DNA of 64,000 nucleotides from Perkinsus chesapeaki ATCC PRA-425 (Eukaryota; Protista; Perkinsozoa): NCBI GenBank assembly GCA_013115145.1, contig JAAPAO010000030.1, positions 1 to 64,000 of the forward strand, read 5' to 3'. Shown piece by piece: positions 58,829 to 64,000 of this stretch (position 1 is its first letter; each line of letters starts with the position of its first letter). The notes under the pieces were generated by a model. It saw only the letters and a program-made list of their open reading frames with translations, ran no database searches and was not told where the DNA came from. The position numbers and the translations under genes were made by a program.

Positions 58829-61667
58829 TCACTCGGTGCTTTCCTCAACACCTTTGTCTTCGACCGCGTCCTTCAGAACCGTCTTGATCGGCGTCGGTGA
58901 TGTAATCCCTTCTGTTTTACACGATGCTTCCCATGACGGCGTAGACGTTGCAGTGAAGCCGCCCGAATAGTGGGATGCATCCCGACCATCAGGCGAGCCA
59001 ATACCGTGGATAACCATGTCCATCTTGGCGCTTCGTGTCTTCGAAAACCCTTCGTGCAACTCCGGAAATTTCGCCACCAGTTTCTTCGCCACCCGATAGT
59101 TTCTTCCAGCGGTTGAGTTGCTGTTGTCGTTGCTACCTCCAGCGGCAGACTTGTTCCTCAGCATCGTGTGTATAAAAGGCTTTAGGCTTTTAACGAGATC
59201 ACCAAACTCTGGCAAGCCACGGTTCTTAGTGACTATCAGCAGTTTTTGGAGGACATAGTTGCCATACGTATCCCACAGAAGTTCTTCAATCCTTCTGCCC
59301 GACAAAAGGTCCTTCGCAAGGTTGCGAGCAAAGGTCGATGGGCCACGAACAAGAAGAAGCTCGACGCAGTTAGAAGAGTACTTGTCTTTGGATAAAGTGA
59401 TGATGGAGCGGGACAGGACTCGGGACACCTCCCCAAGGGCTTTGCAACCTGCTGTGCTACCCGACACTGCTGGACTCTGAAGGATGTGCTGCACAGCATA
59501 GTTACCGTACTGATGCCTGGACATGGAGACAAAATCGGCGACAAAGATCTGAAAGCAACGGCACCAAGAACAGCGCACATCGCTCGATCTATCTTACCTC
59601 CAATAGCCTTGTTGTATGACGGCCGACAATGACAGGATGCTCCGTCCAACCAGAGCCATTGGGGTAGTGCTGCTGCATGTCTGGGTCTGCCTCAACCTAA
59701 TAGGTGTGATGCTCAATCTATCCTCACCCATGGCCATACCCTATCGATTGCCGGACATCTCTCTATAACTTTCTTCGCTGTGATGACGCCCCACTGTGAA
59801 CAGCTAATATCAATAAAACGGTCCAAAAGGCATTCGAGGAGCCATCCACTTTGAGCCATGACATCCAGGATCTGGAACACGCAACTCGGGAATGAACCAG
59901 CGTCACAGCGACTTGCCTTGAGAAGGACGTAGCATCCGTTGGAATCTACTGCGAGCTCTCGGCAACAGACGCGGATCGCACCGAGGAGCGGTAGTTGATT
60001 CGATCCACCATACCGGACATTAGCCTCGCTGATGAGCTTTTGCACAACTCGTGTACCATGCGGATGAACACACAAATCAAACAGAGCACGGCCCTTGAGG
60101 ATCTGGGTGTTGAGGAGTTGCTCGAACGTTGCCATATCGCTGACTTCTAGTACTGCTTGTGAGACGTAATTGCCGATCGAATGGAACGACAGAGGCAGGA
60201 AGGCTGGCACTAGTCGGTCCACCACGCGGGACACCTGAGCAGCATCATAGGCACATCGAAGCTCCCAGAATAGCAGCGACGGTGGTACCTTACCTGGGAA
60301 GCATTGCGGAACTCAGCTCGAAGGGCATCTTGAAGGTAGAGAGATGTCACGTGATCTTCAGCATAGGATCGAACCTCTTCGTCCGTCAGGGCCAAGAAGT
60401 CATCGAAGGGGAACTGCCCACCACTTTCAACCTTCAGCTTGTCATAGCATTCGGAATCTTTCTCATGAGGAGCAGGATGATAATCAACCGGTAAAGTAGC
60501 ACCCAGCGGAAGCCTCGGGAGGCCAAGTCTTGCCGAGCCAGGTTGTTGTTGGTGGTGGGGTGGTGGTGGTACGTATTGATGAGCGGAGAGATAGGAAGGA
60601 GCTGGTGTCTCATAGACCAATGGATTCATGGTCGGGGAGAGGGATACTTGGTTAACATCAGAGGAGGAATTGGATGTAAGATATACGTTCTCATTGTTGT
60701 TGTTGTTGTCATGCGGAGGTGGTGGTGGATATCCTGCACTAGTAGAGTAAGATACCACAGGAGAAGGCATATGGGAGCGAGGTGAAGACCAAGGGTCAAA
60801 GTAGTCCGGGGGAGGTGGAGGAGGAGAATAGGCGTTGGAGCTAAGAATATGACAGTTTCTTTAAAAGCTGCTGATCCTTCCTTACCCAGGTGCCCAGGCC
60901 TGACTACAGGAGTAGTCCTCAGATTGTTCCCACCACTCAGGCATGCTGCTCTCCTCCATTGGACTTGCCCCTTGTTGATGGTGTACAGCCCCAAATGGGG
61001 ATAAGGAGGAGTCACCATACAGAGAATGAGGCATGCTAGGTCCTCCGCTGACCGGACCTGGATACGCCTGTAGGGGTGCTGCCATCTCCACCAGACCTAA
61101 CACCACATAGCTGAGATGATGCTACTTCTGCGGATAAGCTTACGCATGTCGGTGCTTGCTGGACCACATTGCTCAGGCAGCCAGTGCTGCTGAGAGGGTC
61201 GACGGTCCCACCATTGATAAGGCGGTGGTGGTGGTGGTGGACATTCAAAGCGATACCCAGACACCATCTGCCCGCCACAGCCACTGGTGCTGCGAGGGGA
61301 ACCGTTGGGGGGCAGTGGGGGAGGCGGCGGAGGAGGAGCTATCACCGATTGCTGTTGGTGGTGATGGTCATATTCACGACCACCACTGGGGAGCATGATG
61401 CCAACACCAGTGCCTCCTCCTTGCGGGACGGCGATCTGTCGATGAATACTGTAACGGTTGCGAAGGCATGCAATATCCTACCCCAGGCGGAGGGGAAGGT
61501 GGTGGGCTCGGTATCCACCTGTGGCTTGTCTCATGTGGTGGCTGTGGTATCATACCGTAATGCGTCTGTGGAGGGATGGACGATGTTGAGGAGGAGGTCC
61601 GAGGGTCAGGCCCTTCCATCCCAGAAGCTGATGAGGTCAGAAAACAGTCACGTGGCGAATTCGCCAT
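58829..61667 (-). CDS. Pumilio/Puf RNA-binding protein with low-complexity N-terminus, spliced
   Basis: Repeats GNYVSQ, GTRVVQ, GCYVLL, GNYAVQ, SSNCVE and GNYVLQ. The start is uncertain. Confidence 0.88.
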
Positions 61668-61809
61668 TAAATCAAAATTATCCGTGTAGGGCACGGAGAA
61701 TGGACAACTCAACAGCTGGGAGATACGCTCCTCCACCCCCCCCGATGAATCCTGTTAATTGACTATAAAACGAAAGAAAGGGGTCAGAGGGAAACCATTG
61801 GTAATAATA

Positions 61810-62307
61810 TCAATCCTTGCCATCATCGAAGTTCTCAGGTTTATCAGGCCCGAACATACACAAGTGGCCGAGACCGCGGCCCTCCATGTCCTCGACTAAG
61901 CAAGCACGATACTCTTCAAAGTACTCATCACACGATAAGGCAAGATCTCCTCGAAGGAAGGCATGTCGATACCTGAGACGGGGCAATTACTTTAGTGCCC
62001 CCACGGAGGGTAGCTCCCTACCAGTTGTTGAAGCACTGATCGTATCGATCCTTCAAATGCTTACAGGACTCTATGGCTTGCTTGTGAGCGTCTGCCACTT
62101 GTCGGCCATCCTACAACACAATTTCCCGCTGTCCCTTCCCTACCAGCCTACGTTGGGATCGACATCTGCCTTCTGCGCTGCTGCTGCCGTCGATGATGAT
62201 GACGACGACGACGCTGCAGGTGTATCCGATGCCTTTGAGCTGGCATCGCCAGACCCATCTTCAGTTTTGTTGTCATCCTTCTTTCCGCCGCCCCACAACC
62301 AACCCAT
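61810..62307 (-). CDS. TRIAP1: Mdm35/TRIAP1-family twin CX9C protein with N-terminal extension (2 introns)
   Basis: Spliced reading CKHLKDRYDQCFNNWYRHAFLRGDLALSCDEYFEEYRACL; not present in the ORF track. Confidence 0.85.
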
Positions 62308-62449
62308 AGTGGTAAAATAGTCAACTGATCCTCAACAATACTACTTCAGTAACCGTACAAACAACCAACTGAACCCAACTAAACTTGCAGAGGATCTGCT
62401 GGTCAGGAAGAAAAAAGAACACTAAGCAAATATTTCGATGTTAAAAACG

Positions 62450-64000
62450 CTATGAAGAGTTCAACAATTCAGCAGCAGCAGCAGCAGTGCAGGTAGAGTA
62501 CTTCATCCGTCTGGTGAAACCGTCAAATTCCTCTCGACACCGTGCCACCACTCCTCGAAGACGAGCTCGCTGGGCAACAAGAATGGCATTCTGGCAATGA
62601 GCCCCGCCGCCGCCGCCTTCGCCATGAGGATGCCCGCCACTCCGGGTCAATGCCGCTATGTAATGGCCTGTCATCAGGACCGACTCCAACAGTATCAAAA
62701 GCTCCTCTATCTCCTCTTGTGGTGGCGTGGCGAAGCACTCCAGATCGCCTATCGCTCGGGTAAGCTCGGCCAGAGCCAGGGCGTAGGCCTCTGCCTTGGT
62801 GACGTCCATACGGGAGATCCTCTCAGCAATGCCAACGGCAATGTGGGCGCTGGTGAGTAGCCTGCGTTGAGTATCAATCAATGAATCGGTGGCAGAGGTG
62901 CCTGGGGGCGGGATCGAACCTGGGTCACCATCCTCAGAATCTTTGACCCACTCCCATACAGTTGATAGCCACGAGCCCGTTGTGTTGCCGCTGTCTCCTG
63001 CACTCGCCAGTATAGCACTGCTGTTGACCGCACTAAATGCCACAGGCTCTGCCGCCACCTCCGCCGAGGCCACCGATGAAGGGACGCTCGGAAGGTCATC
63101 GTCCCGACTAGAATGACCGGTGCGGTGGCTTTGAGGCCGAGTAAGACCGGAGTCCTCCTGCCGCCCATCAATGACGACTAGTCGAGGGGACCGGCGACCA
63201 CTGGATGCTGACGAAGATACGCTGCTACCAACAGAGTCACGGGACCTTGAGAACACGCCTGGGGTCTCCATCCGGCATTCCGTATTCAAGGGTCCTGGCA
63301 TACGCCGCTCCTCACAGTGATTCTGGCCCAATGAGATGGCCGTCCGTGGTTCGGGGTGCACTGTGTGGCTCTGAGGGGCATTAACAGCCTGTTGGGCAAA
63401 GGAGAGCAGTTTGCTGCCAACACCAGCAAGATACTCAGCACTGGCTAAAGCGGCTGCCTCAACACCAGATGAGAATCCGTCCTCCAGTTCTGCCCAGGTA
63501 TCCGTCGGAGGAGTGCCTATCATATACTCCTCTACCCCATACCATACTTCACCACCCCCATCCGTGCCTCGACTCACTGCCACCGCTTGCGTAAGAGTGG
63601 GAGGAGGAGGCTCGGCGGCGATCGAGTAGTGCTGATGGGATGTAGGGTTCGTAGGAGTGAAATGATGAAGCTGCCCTTCAGTGTGTAATGAGGTAGAGCT
63701 GCTTGCATGCTGGTCAATGGGCTCCCGGATGTATGTCCCCTCCACCAAGACAGCCGCAGCAGCTAGCTCACCCCCAATAGGAGGAGGAGGGGTACCACAG
63801 CGTCGGTCTGGGTACCAGTCTCGAGTTACTTCCGAGCTCCCAGGAACTACCTCGACATCAGACTCGACAGTTACACTACTATTTGACCCTTCAGCCTTGG
63901 ATGTCTCCTCCTCCTCAGCCATCGGTACCTCCTCCTCAGCCATCGGTACCTCTTCCTCCTCAGCCATCGGTACCTCCTCCTCCTCAGCCATCGGTACCTC
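62450..64000 (-). CDS. Hypothetical protein, 5'-truncated by the window edge; acidic repeats, disordered middle, C-terminal helical (MIT-like?) region
   Basis: The 513-aa frame stays open to the window end. Confidence 0.7.
   Translation of the reverse strand, partial: EVPMAEEEEVPMAEEEEVPMAEEEVPMAEEEETSKAEGSNSSVTVESDVEVVPGSSEVTRDWYPDRRCGTPPPPIGGELAAAAVLVEGTYIREPIDQHASSSTSLHTEGQLHHFTPTNPTSHQHYSIAAEPPPPTLTQAVAVSRGTDGGGEVWYGVEEYMIGTPPTDTWAELEDGFSSGVEAAALASAEYLAGVGSKLLSFAQQAVNAPQSHTVHPEPRTAISLGQNHCEERRMPGPLNTECRMETPGVFSRSRDSVGSSVSSSASSGRRSPRLVVIDGRQEDSGLTRPQSHRTGHSSRDDDLPSVPSSVASAEVAAEPVAFSAVNSSAILASAGDSGNTTGSWLSTVWEWVKDSEDGDPGSIPPPGTSATDSLIDTQRRLLTSAHIAVGIAERISRMDVTKAEAYALALAELTRAIGDLECFATPPQEEIEELLILLESVLMTGHYIAALTRSGGHPHGEGGGGGAHCQNAILVAQRARLRGVVARCREEFDGFTRRMKYSTCTAAAAAELLNSS
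63905..64000 (-). repeat. Coding tandem repeat, 21-24-bp units encoding (E)EEEVPMA
   Basis: At least 4 units, truncated by the window end. Confidence 0.9.

Overview
Compact eukaryotic, protist-like locus with many short GT-AG introns. Gene content and style are most consistent with a Perkinsus-type alveolate (inference). The left end holds a complete, apparently very young LTR retrotransposon (495-6780, minus strand) with identical 323-bp LTRs, a CAAGC target-site duplication, a PBS, a PPT and a single gag-pol ORF. Its RT motif is the unusual VMDD. It sits between two paralogous tiny secreted 8-cysteine defensin-like peptide genes; the second (7938-8114) is missing from the ORF track. Spliced housekeeping genes follow: a C2-domain protein, TPR protein, SLC35A transporter, pyroglutamyl peptidase, ZnT9/SLC30A9, two KH-domain proteins, serine carboxypeptidase, eRF1, ZMYND10, RanBP9/10, Sen1-like helicase, a RAP-like protein, Pumilio and Mdm35/TRIAP1. 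Intronless genes include a divergent kinase, two oversized CD36/SR-B paralogs with gene-conversion tracts, and isocitrate lyase. There is also a degenerate class-III aminotransferase-like gene. No prokaryotic systems or CRISPR arrays were seen. Boundaries of spliced genes were assembled by eye and are approximate.
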